Shown: positions 11,857-23,550, counted from the first letter of the stretch. The stretch: 64,000 nucleotides of DNA from Octopus bimaculoides (GCF_001194135.2 NC_069001.1:32943979-33007978); one strand, 5' to 3'. The notes: generated by a model not told the origin, from the letters alone. Translations and numbers: made by a program.

Positions 11857-13090
11857 CAGTGAATCGTCTTAGAGTCCATAAGTCAGGGAAAAGATGCACT
11901 CGTATATCTGTCAATAGAGTGGGTATATTATCCGAAATGTATAGTATTATACATCCATCAGGGCTGATCTTACCAGTCGGTTTCGCGCAAGGAGTACAAT
12001 GGAAAGGCCTGCCATACACGGTTGCCGCTGGAAGTAATTTCTGTGGCTTAGGCCACGTGTGGACAAACTTAGCTGCTCTCCACGACAACGATGCGTCTAG
12101 GTCGAAGTTCGGCGAAGAAGAGATGATTTTTTAAAATTACCCACGAGGGGCCAATGAAGAGGAGACAATACAAACATGTGGGGACATATAAAAACGAAGA
12201 AAATAAATAAAATGAAAAAATAAATTCAAACGGATGATATACATGAATGATACAATGATAATGAAAATGAGCTACTTGCCCCACCTCAAGCAGCATCACT
12301 TGCTTCCTTTTATCTTTTAAATTCCGAGTCCTTTAGAATGTCTATACCATATTTCTCGGTCAGCTCCTCGTACTTTATATTGTCTGGTATCGTCTTTAAA
12401 TCACAGATCACCCCCTTGAATTTCAATATTTCGTTTTTTTGGCTTTCGGGCACCAGAACACATGAGTGCCATCCATCAATGTTTGTCCAACCATTGACAT
12501 GGTCAAATCTTGCAGTCTTCCATTTTGTTATCTTATTGAGCAGTTCCTTGTCCACACCTTCAACCACCATACACGCGAAACAATTTTCAGTGGGAGGGGG
12601 AGTTTGTTGATCCTTGTGTGTTTGTATTTCTTTTTTTTTCTCTTGCATTGTGCAGGAGGGGAATGGGTGGGTTTGGTGTCTGTGGGGGAGAGTGGGTCTG
12701 AGAGGGTATGGGGTGGGTGGGTAGGTATGGTTTGGGGTTCTACTTCACTCTGTCCTTTCTTCCTCTTCCTTTTTCTTTGGAGCTACCATCCACTGTTCTT
12801 CGTTTCTCTTTTCTTCCTGTTGCGCCTTCTCCGGCTCCTTTCCGACTTCCTCCTGACTTCTCTGCTTCTGTAGAGGGCAGTGTACTCTAATGTGACCTTT
12901 TTGGCTACATTTAAAGCAACGAGGGGTTCTGCCCTCCACCCACGCTCTCAACACTACATCTCCAATGGTCACCGTTTCCACCATATTTTCCAGTGTTTCT
13001 GCAGTACCCTATATGATCAGGGCCAGTGTTTGACCATTCCATACCGAATTTTCTATTTTTGTGGCTTGGAGGACGGCTATTTCCTAGAAC
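11857..13090 (-). mobile_element. LINE-derived element: ORF1 C-terminal half with CCHC zinc knuckle, 3' UTR and (TA)n tail, with no ORF2
   Basis: EIAVLQATK...VEGRTPRCFKCSQKGHIRVHCP (CX2CX4HX4C), then a Lys/Glu-rich linker and a further ORF to a stop at 12310. About 450 bp of non-coding sequence follows, ending at the (TA)n run 11831-11856. Confidence 0.7.
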
Positions 13091-14619
13091 AGCCAATTGA
13101 AATTGCATTAGCAATACAAAGAAGCAATTAGCGTTTACAATCCTCAAAGAGGGACAAGGGAGAGAACTAAAAGATTAGACATTTTACACTGTTTTGCCAA
13201 GAAGGGTGGCGAAACATGTCCGGAGTTGTCATTGTAACTAGTAACGGTAAAACTCCCTTACTATTGCATGTCTCTGTTCATTTTTATTAAATTTTGATTT
13301 CTGAGTTCTTTTTCTTGCTCATCTTGACAAGAATTGTCGTTAACGCTTATAACTTTTCTTCTCATTATGAGTTTAATATCAATTGATTTGATACTCTAGT
13401 CGTGTTACTTTTATCGAATATTTTAGCCAGCAGTTAATTATATGTTCTTCATCCAGAAGGCACCTTTTGGAAAATCTCCTGTATAATATTTTTGGTTTCA
13501 CAAACGAGCGCGTATATGTTTATATTTACTACTGCAAATACATCTCTGTCGAAATTAATTATTCTTAATTACCAGGCAGGGATCACGATTTCACTCCTAG
13601 TTATAGCAAGAATTTTTCAATCATTAAAATAGGTTAATCATCAGCTGTTTCATTTGCAGTTAACACAAAATCAAATTCTAGATAATTATATGTGCATGGA
13701 GTATTGAATATGAGGGTAAGGGAGGTCGTCTGAGCCTGTCAACCCCGTCTGGTTACTATGTGACTATATTACTATCAATAAAAGGCAGACAAAGGCCGCT
13801 TTGGGAGATTTGAATTCAAAACTTTGATAGTGAGTCTCGTGGCCTGTAAGAGAGAGATTCAGTTGGTCCGGAGACCAGACGCGCGCGCGCGCGCATGGTG
13901 GGAGATGAATAGAGGCCAGAGACTGTCTGCTGGATTCCCCTCTAAAAAGAAAATCACCACGTTTAATTTTGAGAGAAAAGGAGCCAGGAAGCAGTCTTGT
14001 TCCATCTTGCCGAATTTCTCTCGAACTCCCTTGCGTGACTAAACATGTACTATTGAACGTGCACGACGGCGCTCTTACGTTTTTGCCGACTCTGCGCTCT
14101 ATTATTATAACTGTTGTTGAGAATCGTACCAGGTCTGTTTGCCAAGCTTTCGTTGTCTATGATTTGATAAAAATACTTGACTCTTCAGTGGTTCTGTAAA
14201 TAGGTACTATTGTAAGATATATATATTCTTTTCGCTTTGCATAGCAAGGTCGCTCTATAACTGACAGTTGTTTCATTAGCTGTTGCTACTGAGCTGAAAA
14301 CCTGATCATAAATCTAGAGAATACAAACTTAAAACTATCTCTGCTCGAAATAATGCTTCTTAACAAAGAGAGGGCTTTACTATTACTAAGAATTACTGTT
14401 GTGCTGTTTGTTTTACTTCCATTTTGCGCTCAAGCTGTATAAGATCATAATGTTTGAGATAAAGGGATAAAAATCACAATTTCCTGATCATTTCAATGAA
14501 TATATGCCTATTAAAGAAATCATTCCTTCGTAGACACATGAATCAACATGGACTTTAAGTGCCAAGCGGATAAATGCTCGGGCTCTTTGCTATGGAATTG
14601 ATTTTGATATTTTTACGAA

Positions 14620-15175
14620 GTCAACGTTATAACTACTGTTCTAGACATTAGATTGTTATACAGTTTGATCTGAAGGAAGAGATAGTTGCAAAAAAAAAAC
14701 ACAAAAAAAAACATGGGCAGAGGCGGAATTTCAGTCGGTTGACACTTTCTGGAGAAAGGGGGCTGGATAATAATGACTAGAGCAGAGTCTGAAAGGAGGG
14801 GTAGTGTGAATGAACAAATGAAGAGAGGAGAAACATCTAAATTATGTTGGCTTGGGTTGAAGTGAAACAAGACCAGCCAAGTCAGAGGGTATTGTAGAGT
14901 GGTTGAAAAGGCACAATGAGAGGAGAACACGTATACGGCTCATAAATGGGTATGGTGAACAATTTTTTTGCCAACCAGTTGAGTTCTTTTGAATGCCGTC
15001 TAGTATTTTTCTGTGTGTTCTAGCAGCACCGCTCCCTATGTGGGAGCAATTTTCCATTGTGGGTCTCGCTTGAGCTTTGTAAAGTTTTAGCAACTGTTGA
15101 GAGCTGAAGTATGTTTCAGTTTTAAAGAGGAAGGGACGCAGTTATTGCAATGTTCTGAATGTGAGTTCACCAGGT
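14620..15175 (-). mobile_element. 3' fragment of CR1/Jockey-group LINE ORF2 (post-RT region)
   Basis: QLLKLYKAQARPTMENCSHI...ILDGIQK matches L..LYKAQIRP.LEYCSHIW...LD.VQ. Confidence 0.75.
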
Positions 15176-15554
15176 GAGACTTGAATTTTCTCTCAAATTT
15201 ATGGCCTTGTGCCTATGTTAGAAATTAATAAATCCATTGCAATATTGAAAAGTTATCACTGAAGGAGTAATGGCATGATGTGGTATATATCTCGGAAACA
15301 GTAAAGAGGTGTATATATAGTGTATCGGTGAGGATGTGATGAGGATATTTTGAAAAGTAAATATGAATATATATTACACGAATGTTTAGCATCTCTTTGA
15401 TATATCAGATTCCGTTGCAACGTAATAACAGCTGCTCGTCTTCGTTACACATTCATAGAATTTGCTTTGGTTTGTACGTTGGTTTATTATTTTCTGTATT
15501 TTTATGTTTGTTTTATTTAGAATTCCTTCTACTTAGTAGTTTACAGTCGTTCTT

Positions 15555-15850
15555 TCCGAGATAGAGATGAGATGGGAATAGAGAAGAGGGGGGAAAATAG
15601 AAAAGATGGACTGACAAAGGAAAGACGAGAGATTTGCAAATAAAGAGAAAAGGAAGATAAAAAAGATAGAAAACAAAAACGAGCAAACTATATGAAAGAG
15701 ACAAAAAGGAAGAGAAAATAAGAGGACAAGAAAGGAAGAGAAATATGGAAAAAGGGAAAACAGGAAATAGAAAGAGGCTGAAGGGAGTTGGGAAAGAAGA
15801 TGAGACGGGTAAGGAAAGTAAATGGAAAGCATCAGAAGAGATGAGGGTAA
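15555..15850. repeat. Purine-rich (GA/GAAA) low-complexity tract; similar tract at 17210-17470
   Basis: Almost only G and A on the + strand. Confidence 0.85.
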
Positions 15851-16662
15851 GACAGCAATAATAAATTCCTCACACTACACTCACCTACAAAAAAAAAAAA
15901 ATCCCTCATGAAAATAGAGTGATTGCATTGTTCTTTTTTGCCTATTTTTTTTCAATAAGAAAACAGTTTGCGATGGAACAAAGATAAATACACACGAATT
16001 TCTGTCTAATATTAACCCTTCTGTTTCTTTAGTTCAACTTATTTTCACATTCTTTCACTTGTTCTTTTAGAGCCAGTTTTCAGGAATAGCCAAACTATTC
16101 AGGTTAACTTCTTTCAATAGAAGTTGATGAAATCTATAGAAGCTTCAGAAAACTAGTTGCGAAAATAGTAGTTGTTGTGAATTCTTTGCCTTCAAGAGGA
16201 AACGCTGTATTGAATCAGCAAGATACTTCATTATATTTGCCTTAAAATTACCTAACTAGAGTTACAGGTAACCAGAGCGAAATAAAATTGCTGCATCTCT
16301 TAACAGTGGAGAAAAGGTACAACTGATTAACATAATACAAAATCCTGAAGGAGATAGATAAGTATATAGTTGGAAATAAATAATCTTGAATGGAAGCTGC
16401 AGTAAAATTTAACTAATAAGGAAGAGGCCACTGTGTATTACTTATATTACTGCGGTTTCGTTTTGACTAAGACCTTATGAATGAAGCTTGGTTGGTGGAA
16501 ACTGTACAGAAGCGAGTTGAACGAGTGTGTGTGTATGTCTATTTATATTTACTGGCGTAAAAGTCGGTACTGTGCCCAAAAGCATAACATATCGATTTTA
16601 TAGAAACAGAACGATAAAATAAGTACCAGATTGTGTAAGTTCTAGGGTCATTATGGTTGTTT

Positions 16663-16777
16663 AAGGCGGCGAGCTGGCAGAATCGTTAGCACGCCGGGCA
16701 AAATGCATTTCGTCTGTCTTTGTAATCGACTGACCCCTCCCTTAAAATTGCTGGTCTTGTGCCAAAGTTTGAAATCA
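16663..16777 (+). mobile_element. Internally deleted family-A SINE nested in an older family-B SINE (about 16470-16830)
   Basis: Head AAGGCGGCGAGCTGGCAGAATCGTTAGCACGCCGGGC joins directly to the tail GTAATCGAC...GCTGGTCTTGTGCCAAAGTTTGAAA; family-B remnants lie on both sides. Confidence 0.65.
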
Positions 16778-17803
16778 TTATGAGGGCAGTGTCCTACCAT
16801 GACAGAGTTCAATGATTGAAACCAGTTAGAGAATAGAGGAATAATGAATTGTAAGTGATTTCATGTTTAATAGTCGTTCATAGTCTTTCTGGTTCCTTCA
16901 GGGAGCGCACACACACACAAACTTTCTCATGCTGATCCTTCATTAGCACAAATTATCGTTGTCAGCACATTTTTATTTAGTTGTTGTGTGACTGCGTTGG
17001 TCGAAGAAAACAAACTGCACGTCCCTTTAGTTTTCATCCTTTATCTTCTCAGATTAGTGCTTTTAACACGTTTCATTAACATGTCATCATCTGCTGGGCA
17101 AATATTAATAGATATGTAATTGCTGTCGGCGCTCTGTTATTCATTAGAAGTTTTGGGATATTGTTGCTTTTGGTTGGGTTAAAAGATAGGTTTGGGGACA
17201 ACTAGGAGAAATAGGATAAATTAGGGTGGAAATGAGAAAGGGAAGCAGTGAAACTAGTGTATAAGGGAAGGATGAAAAAGAAGAGACGAGAAAGAAAAAG
17301 AAAAAAAGGGTAAAGAGGAGGGGAAAAAATGGAAAAACGTAAGGAAAACAGTCAAGAGAGAAAAGTAGAAAAGGGTGGAGGAGGAAAGAAGAAAATAGAA
17401 GGATGGTAATATTGATGTGGGAAAAAGAAGAGGAAATGAAAACAGAAGGAAGAAAGCAAAGAAGAAATATAAGAACGAATGTGAATCAGATGTCAGCCAT
17501 ATTTAATCAAGTGAAATGTTCAAAGCTACGAAATCCTTAAAACACGTACAGTAAATAGAGTAATTTTTTTTCTTTTCCATGGAAGAGAATATTTAGATCC
17601 AATAAACTGTCCATCTCCTTTAATCCGACGCAATGTGTGTGTGTGTGGATGCGTGCGAGCTTCATGATCGAGCACTAGGTTCTTGTTTCCTTTCTCCATC
17701 TAGCAGGCAAATCTCAATTCATTGAGATTTTTTTTTTACCGCACGCTATTTAGTACACCAACGCTTACATGAATTATCTGAATTCGAGACAATGACCGGC
17801 TTG

Positions 17804-17950
17804 AGATAAAATAAGTACCTTCTGAAAACTGTGATCGATGTAATCGACTTAGCCACTCCCCGAAATTATTGGCCTTGTGTCAAATTTGAAATAATAATAA
17901 TGGCCTCAAATTTTTCCACAAGGGCAGTCATTTTGGGGGAGGGGATGAGT
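17804..17950. mobile_element. Two family-A SINE tails back to back (+ then -) around an (AAT)n run
   Basis: GATAAAATAAGTACC...GGCCTTGTGTCAAATTTGAAA, then ATAATAATAAT, then an inverted tail TCAAATTTTTCCACAAGGGCAG. Confidence 0.55.
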
Positions 17951-18522
17951 CCAAGAAGTAAAGCTTCCTTCAAGGCAGAGCTAGAAATGCAATTATGAAG
18001 TAGGTAAGAAGTTTTAAGCAGGGGCGCTATATTCAAAATTGGCAAAACTAAAAATTGTCGAAGATAAATTAAATTTGTTATTGTTACTGAATATGTTAGT
18101 GTTATATAATTTCTGAACGGTTTTGCTACCGTTTATTTATGTAGTTTGATTTCTTTATCCATCAGTTTCTGTTAGGATAGAGACGCGAGTAAAATTAATA
18201 ATAGAGAAACGTACATTACCACCTTCATAAATTTACTAAATACGTAGCTTTTGATGTTTGCAAACAAGTGGGGCAGCCGTCTGTTGTGTGTTGGAACAGT
18301 GTTGCGTTTCGGTTGTGATTTTGGCTTTTGAAAATTCGTACATTGCCATAAAGCCAGCTATAAAAAAGGAATAAAGAAATTAGGACGAATGTTTTTTTGT
18401 CTGGGCAATAAAGCTATAGAATTTATGTCTTGCTCTCACGAGGTTATTCAGTTGGTTATCTTCACATTTATCTCGTCTGAAATCATAAGCGTTGTTCAGA
18501 ATATATGGTCGTGTATGCAAGC

Positions 18523-18696
18523 CAGGCCTGTCGCCAGACTTTGGTGGCTGGGGATGCTTCAGAATATTCTGGGTGAGCACTAGTCCGTAATAATGCTAAA
18601 ATTGAGTTTCGAAATGTGTATCACTAAATATGAGGGTGCACCATTAAATAGTAAGAGGGAAGTGCCGTCCAGTGCTCCTTCTTAGCGACGGGCATG
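18523..18696 (+). mobile_element. hAT-type MITE, copy 2
   Basis: TIRs CAGGCCTGTCGC / GCGACGGGCATG; TSD ATGCAAGC / ATGCGAAC (6/8). Confidence 0.8.
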
Positions 18697-19459
18697 ATGC
18701 GAACACGCACACCACAAACACACTTGAGATAGATGAGAGAGAGAGAGAAAGAGAGAGAGAGTAAAATGATGAATGGCACTTATCAAACGGAGATTTGAGA
18801 AATCATTGTTAGTTGACTATTTCGATCCATCGGGCATTATTAGTCACACACACGAGCTTATGTTTCCAGAAGCTGGAAACAGTGTCACATCTTGAATGAC
18901 TTGTTTGCAGGCTGACATACTTAAAAGACCTTTAATTTGTGAAGAACAGGTGCTGGTAAAGAATCCAACAAAATTCTTCCTAAAAAAAAAAAAAAAAAAA
19001 AAAAATCCACATTTGAATCAATTATGGATATTTTTTTTTTAAATCGTAATTTCTGTTGTTGAAAACGTAGGGATCTGAAGAGGATACTTTCGGGAAAAAA
19101 AAAAAAAAAGTTGGAGAGACTATCCGACACGTTCGCACGCATACATACACAGAACTGTTTTTGGTGGCATACAAGACGCATTAAAGCATGTAATATTTGA
19201 ATCAATTTCGCATATAGGACCCGGGAGTCATTTTTAGGTAGTTGCTGCTGGGACGAATTTTCGTCTTTCTCTTATATTTATTGTGTTTTTAACACAAGTC
19301 CATGAGAGATTGTGAGGGCAAGTATTGCAATAACTGGCCTGTCGATAGTGTGTATATATTACGTATGCTATATAGATGGCTATTTTTGATTAAATACTGC
19401 TTCAATTGCGCCCCCCCCCCTCCACACATACATCAACAACCTGATGTGTTGACTCAACA

Positions 19460-20563
19460 TACCAAGTTGAGTCAAAAATTTTTCGTATTTTCACCGATGA
19501 TATTTCCATGCTATATCATTAATTCGAAACAGCTTGTTCAATCGTTGCCAAATTGCATATTCTTTATTTTCATATATAACTTGTTCAATTCTTTATTTTT
19601 CAACTTTGTTAATGAGTGGCGAAAAAATTGCAGTTGGAGCCATTTTTCGCTACCGATAGAAAAAGCACAGAGTGCAAGCGCACGGCAAAAGAAATTAATG
19701 ATGTGGAAGGTCCAGGAAACTGGTTCGAACGTTTCAAGGAAGGTGACATCAGCCTCGAAGACAAACCAAGGTCGGGGAGATCTTCTGTTGTGGAAGGTGA
19801 GGCATTACTTGAAATAGTTGAACAACAGCCAGGCACAAATACATTGTCGACAGAACTTGGTCCTTCACAAAGCACCACCAGTGGACACCTCCATAAGCTC
19901 GGCCTTGTGAATAGACACTGTCGAGAAGCTCCTTATGAACTGAACAATGATCAGGCTCAGCATTTGCAAATAATTGCTGGCAAATCCTCGAGGTGCCCGT
20001 TTTGGCGTCAAATGGTAACAGGGATGCAAAATGGAACTATTTCCGTAATCCTAATAAGGGAAATCAGTAGCTTCTTTCCGACTAGGCTTCAGAACCTGTT
20101 GCCAAACAAAGGCGGTTTGAACGGAAGGTCATGTTGCGTGTTTGGTGGAATTTCGAGGGGTGTTGCATTTGAGATGGTCATGCTGTGAACGCTAACTCTT
20201 ATGCTCAACAAGAGCAGCGAATATATGATGCTTTGAAAGCCCGCTACCCGGCATCGGTCAGTCGAAGACGCGTACTCCTACCGCATGACAATGCCCCAGC
20301 GCACAAACTCGAACTTGAAGGGCTGGAAGTGCTGCCTCACCTTGTCTACAGTCCAGACATTGCATCATCAGATTACCATAATTTCCGAGCCATGGCTCAT
20401 TTCCAGCACGGACGGAGGTTCAACAGTGTTGATGAGGCTGAAAACGGGTGCAGACAGTTTTTTGACTCTTAACCAGCTAAATGGTATAAACGTGGAAATT
20501 GAGCGACGACAACAGACAATAAAATGTGATGGGATATATTTTGGTCAATAACCGCTTTTCGTG
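19460..20563 (+). mobile_element. Mariner transposon relic (second family), nearly full length, 3' end interrupted by a SINE
   Basis: WFERFKEGDISLEDKPRSGR (HTH); REAPYEL (WVPHEL-like); MVTG (first D region); HDNAPAH; YSPDIASSDY; C-terminus IKCDGIYFGQ*. Frameshifted; only 27 residues separate the second and third D, versus 34 in canonical mariner. Confidence 0.85.
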
Positions 20564-20673
20564 AGGCGGCGAGCTGGCAGAAGCGTTAGCACGCCGGTCG
20601 AAATGCTTAGCGATATTTCGTCTGTCTTTACGTTCTGAGTTCAAATTCCGCCGAGGTCGACTTTGCGTTTCAT
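20564..20673 (+). mobile_element. Family-A SINE 5' half, running into gap 20674-21144
   Basis: AGGCGGCGAGCTGGCAGAAGCGTTAGCACGCCGG...GTTCTGAGTTCAAATTCCGCCGAGGTCGACTTTG. Confidence 0.9.
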
Positions 20674-21152
20674 NNNNNNNNNNNNNNNNNNNNNNNNNNN
20701 NNNNNNNNNNNNNNNNNNNNNNNNNNNNNNNNNNNNNNNNNNNNNNNNNNNNNNNNNNNNNNNNNNNNNNNNNNNNNNNNNNNNNNNNNNNNNNNNNNNN
20801 NNNNNNNNNNNNNNNNNNNNNNNNNNNNNNNNNNNNNNNNNNNNNNNNNNNNNNNNNNNNNNNNNNNNNNNNNNNNNNNNNNNNNNNNNNNNNNNNNNNN
20901 NNNNNNNNNNNNNNNNNNNNNNNNNNNNNNNNNNNNNNNNNNNNNNNNNNNNNNNNNNNNNNNNNNNNNNNNNNNNNNNNNNNNNNNNNNNNNNNNNNNN
21001 NNNNNNNNNNNNNNNNNNNNNNNNNNNNNNNNNNNNNNNNNNNNNNNNNNNNNNNNNNNNNNNNNNNNNNNNNNNNNNNNNNNNNNNNNNNNNNNNNNNN
21101 NNNNNNNNNNNNNNNNNNNNNNNNNNNNNNNNNNNNNNNNNNNNCACACACG

Positions 21153-21192
<40 letters not shown>

Positions 21193-22502
21193 CATACGTG
21201 TGAATGCTTTGTAAGTGCTGCGGAAATATTTTGAACGGTATTGGAAGTTCATCGCTTATGCTTAGTCGAGTCTACTGCACTTGTTATCATATTGATTTCT
21301 TACATAGAAATATAAATCCTGCGATTAAAAAAAAAAGAAGAGGAAATGGTAATATGTGACATTCATGCTTTCGTCTAGAACATTAACGATGTTAATTCAG
21401 GTGACAATGGCTATAAACAGAAAACTAAACGAAAGTGCGGTCTGGGCTCGCCAGGCGCTCATGTCATTTCTTCGTAGCGCTTTGCCTATCACATATGATA
21501 AACTATAATGAATAGATGTTTACTTCTTGGCAAAGCTGAAGTAACTCATCACGAATTAAAGTGATTCGACAACAAATACATGTAAATATGCAAGCCGCTT
21601 ACGAACGACTACATAGGTTTCCTCTTAATCTCCTCCTTTCATCGTCTCTGATTTCATTTTTCCCACCTTCTTTCGTCTTTCTCTTCTTTTCTCTTTCAAA
21701 TCGTCCTGCTATAAACCAGCCACCGGCTAAAGTTTTTCTTTTTTCTTTTTTTTTTTTCATCAATGTTTTACTGAAGGCCAGCTATTTCAATCTGTAGCAG
21801 CAGTCTTCCACTGATGTGGATTGTTAAAGTACAAAAATAGAACAAATTACTCAAATATTATACACAAACATAAACACGTAAACACACGTGCATGCTTGCA
21901 AACGTACATAAACTTCAGACATATATTCATATATGCGCACGCTTTTATCGTATTGTAAACACACGCGCTGACACACCAACACTAACACACATTTTCTATC
22001 TTTAACCCTCACACGCACATAACTCTGGTATTTACGCGTGTATATTTGCATATACCTCTTTAAACATATATATATATCTTTGCATGTATTCACACAAGGC
22101 ACGTCAAGAAGAGAGAACAATACAAAAAAGTATTTAGGCAATCCAACTGCTTAGTAATTAACAAGCATAAATCGACCATGGAGGTCCTTTTCTGAGAAAA
22201 TTACCGATAAGTTTACCAGTCGGTGGGTTAAGCATGTGAGAATTCCTGTAGACTCAGCGGAATCTTTACCTGACCTCGAAGAGAAAACGGTTCTCGTTGA
22301 CAACTTATCCGTGATTTTTATTACTCTTTATTTTCATAAGTTGTTTCCGAGAGAAAAGAATCGCTCACACAACCCTACCACCACCAGCAAAAGCACCTTA
22401 TCTATCTATCTATATATCTATCTATTTATTTATATATCTATCTATCTTCATATTCTCCCCCCCCCCGCCTCCTTTTATTGTTTTTTTTTGTTTCGTTTAT
22501 AG

Positions 22503-22685
22503 AAAATTATTAAAAATTAAAATTTAAATCCGATGAAAAGGAAGCGAAAAAAATAAAACAAACTAACAATAATGACGGTTAAAAAAAATAATGAAGCCTT
22601 TGGATTTTTACTGAACTTTTACTTCGTCTAATTAAAAAAAAAGACCAAGTTAGGATAAAAGAAAAAGTGGAATTTAACTGCAACA
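22503..22685 (+). promoter_or_regulatory. Probable 5' UTR portion of the first coding exon of the ERG-like gene, with a splice acceptor and three short upstream ORFs
   Basis: A long polypyrimidine tract ends in TTTATAG at 22502. uORFs at 22533-22556, 22572-22631 and 22591-22614. In-frame TAA at 22656-22658 lies upstream of the main ATG, whose context is CAACA-ATG. Confidence 0.55.
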
Positions 22686-22761
22686 ATGCCTGTCCGAAGA
22701 GGCAGAAGGACAGCCGGTAATAGGTTTCTGGATACTATAATAAACCGAGTTGAAGGATCCG
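22686..22761 (+). CDS. erg (KCNH2/6/7-like): First coding exon of an ERG-subfamily (EAG-family, KCNH) voltage-gated potassium channel: PAS-cap of the eag domain
   Basis: MPVRRGRRTAGNRFLDTIINRVEGS versus human KCNH2 [25 protein letters not shown] is 15/25 identical. The exon is 25 codons plus 1 nt (76 nt), then a canonical GTGAGT donor at 22762, as in KCNH2 (intron after c.76). The ORF-track continuation past 22761 is intron read-through. Confidence 0.85.
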
Positions 22762-23237
22762 GTGAGTACAAGGGGAATTTTGTTGTTCCAGTCATTGTGT
22801 TTTTGGTGACGGGAGAGAAAAGTATTGTTGTTTTCTCTTTTCTTTTTTTTTACAAGTGTATTTACTGTGTATCGAGTTTCAATACTCCTGCATACAAGTT
22901 AGTGTATGAGTATATATTTACATATAAGGACATATATGTATGAAATAAATATATGTATGCGCACATGAAGTAATTGTTAGGATGTGTGTTGCGCACATGA
23001 AGTAATTGTTAGATGTGTGTGTGTGTGTGTGTTTGACACTGTATAATTGTCTGATCAATATGTATGTTCGTGCAAGGAAAATCATGGGAGCATTATAGCA
23101 TGCGCTCTATCGGAACATATTTATTATAATTTGCGGCCCACCTGGGACTTATACACTGCACGATGATAATAATAAAAAGAAAATTATGATTGAGTTTAAA
23201 AATCATCATACACTTTATTAAGATACCTGACTGATAT

Positions 23238-23550
23238 TGGTTTCAAATTTTGGCACTAGGCCAGCAAGTTCGGGGGAGTGCTCGACTGGTACTTATTTTA
23301 TTGCCCTCGAAAGAATGAAAGGCAAAGTAAACCCTGGCGGAATTTGAATACACGATTCATGTTAGGACACGCATAAAGTGGCGAGCTGGCAGAATCATTT
23401 GCACGTCAGACAAAATGCTTAGCGGTATTTCGTCTTTCTTTGCGTTCTGAGTTCAATTCCACCGAGGTCATTTTGCCTTTCAGGGTCGATAAAATAAGTA
23501 TCAGTGGAGCACTGGTGTCGATGTAATCGACTTACTCCTTCCCTTGAAAT
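23238..23550. mobile_element. Inverted pair of family-A SINEs (23238-23349 minus; 23375-23550 plus)
   Basis: The minus copy carries the central and tail blocks; the plus copy starts AAAGTGGCGAGCTGGCAGAATC. Confidence 0.8.

Noticed and set aside
15533-15832. Hydrophobic 'membrane-protein-like' ORFs here and at 63389-63931, 12466-12873 and similar
   Set aside because: They are translations of CT/GA low-complexity DNA or antisense frames of TE sequence.
19449-19475. 10-bp hairpin TTGACTCAAC...GTTGAGTCAA at the mariner 5' end
   Set aside because: Short and overlapping the TIR; it cannot be distinguished from chance or a small local inversion.
20477-21252. Long ORFs spanning N-runs (also 4124-4777, 31734-32183, 58571-59233)
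   Set aside because: Artefacts of untranslatable gap sequence and microsatellites.
22762-22943. Continuation of the 85-aa ORF (EYKGNFVVPV...) as coding sequence
   Set aside because: Homology to ERG stops exactly at the GTGAGT donor; the rest is AT-rich intron.
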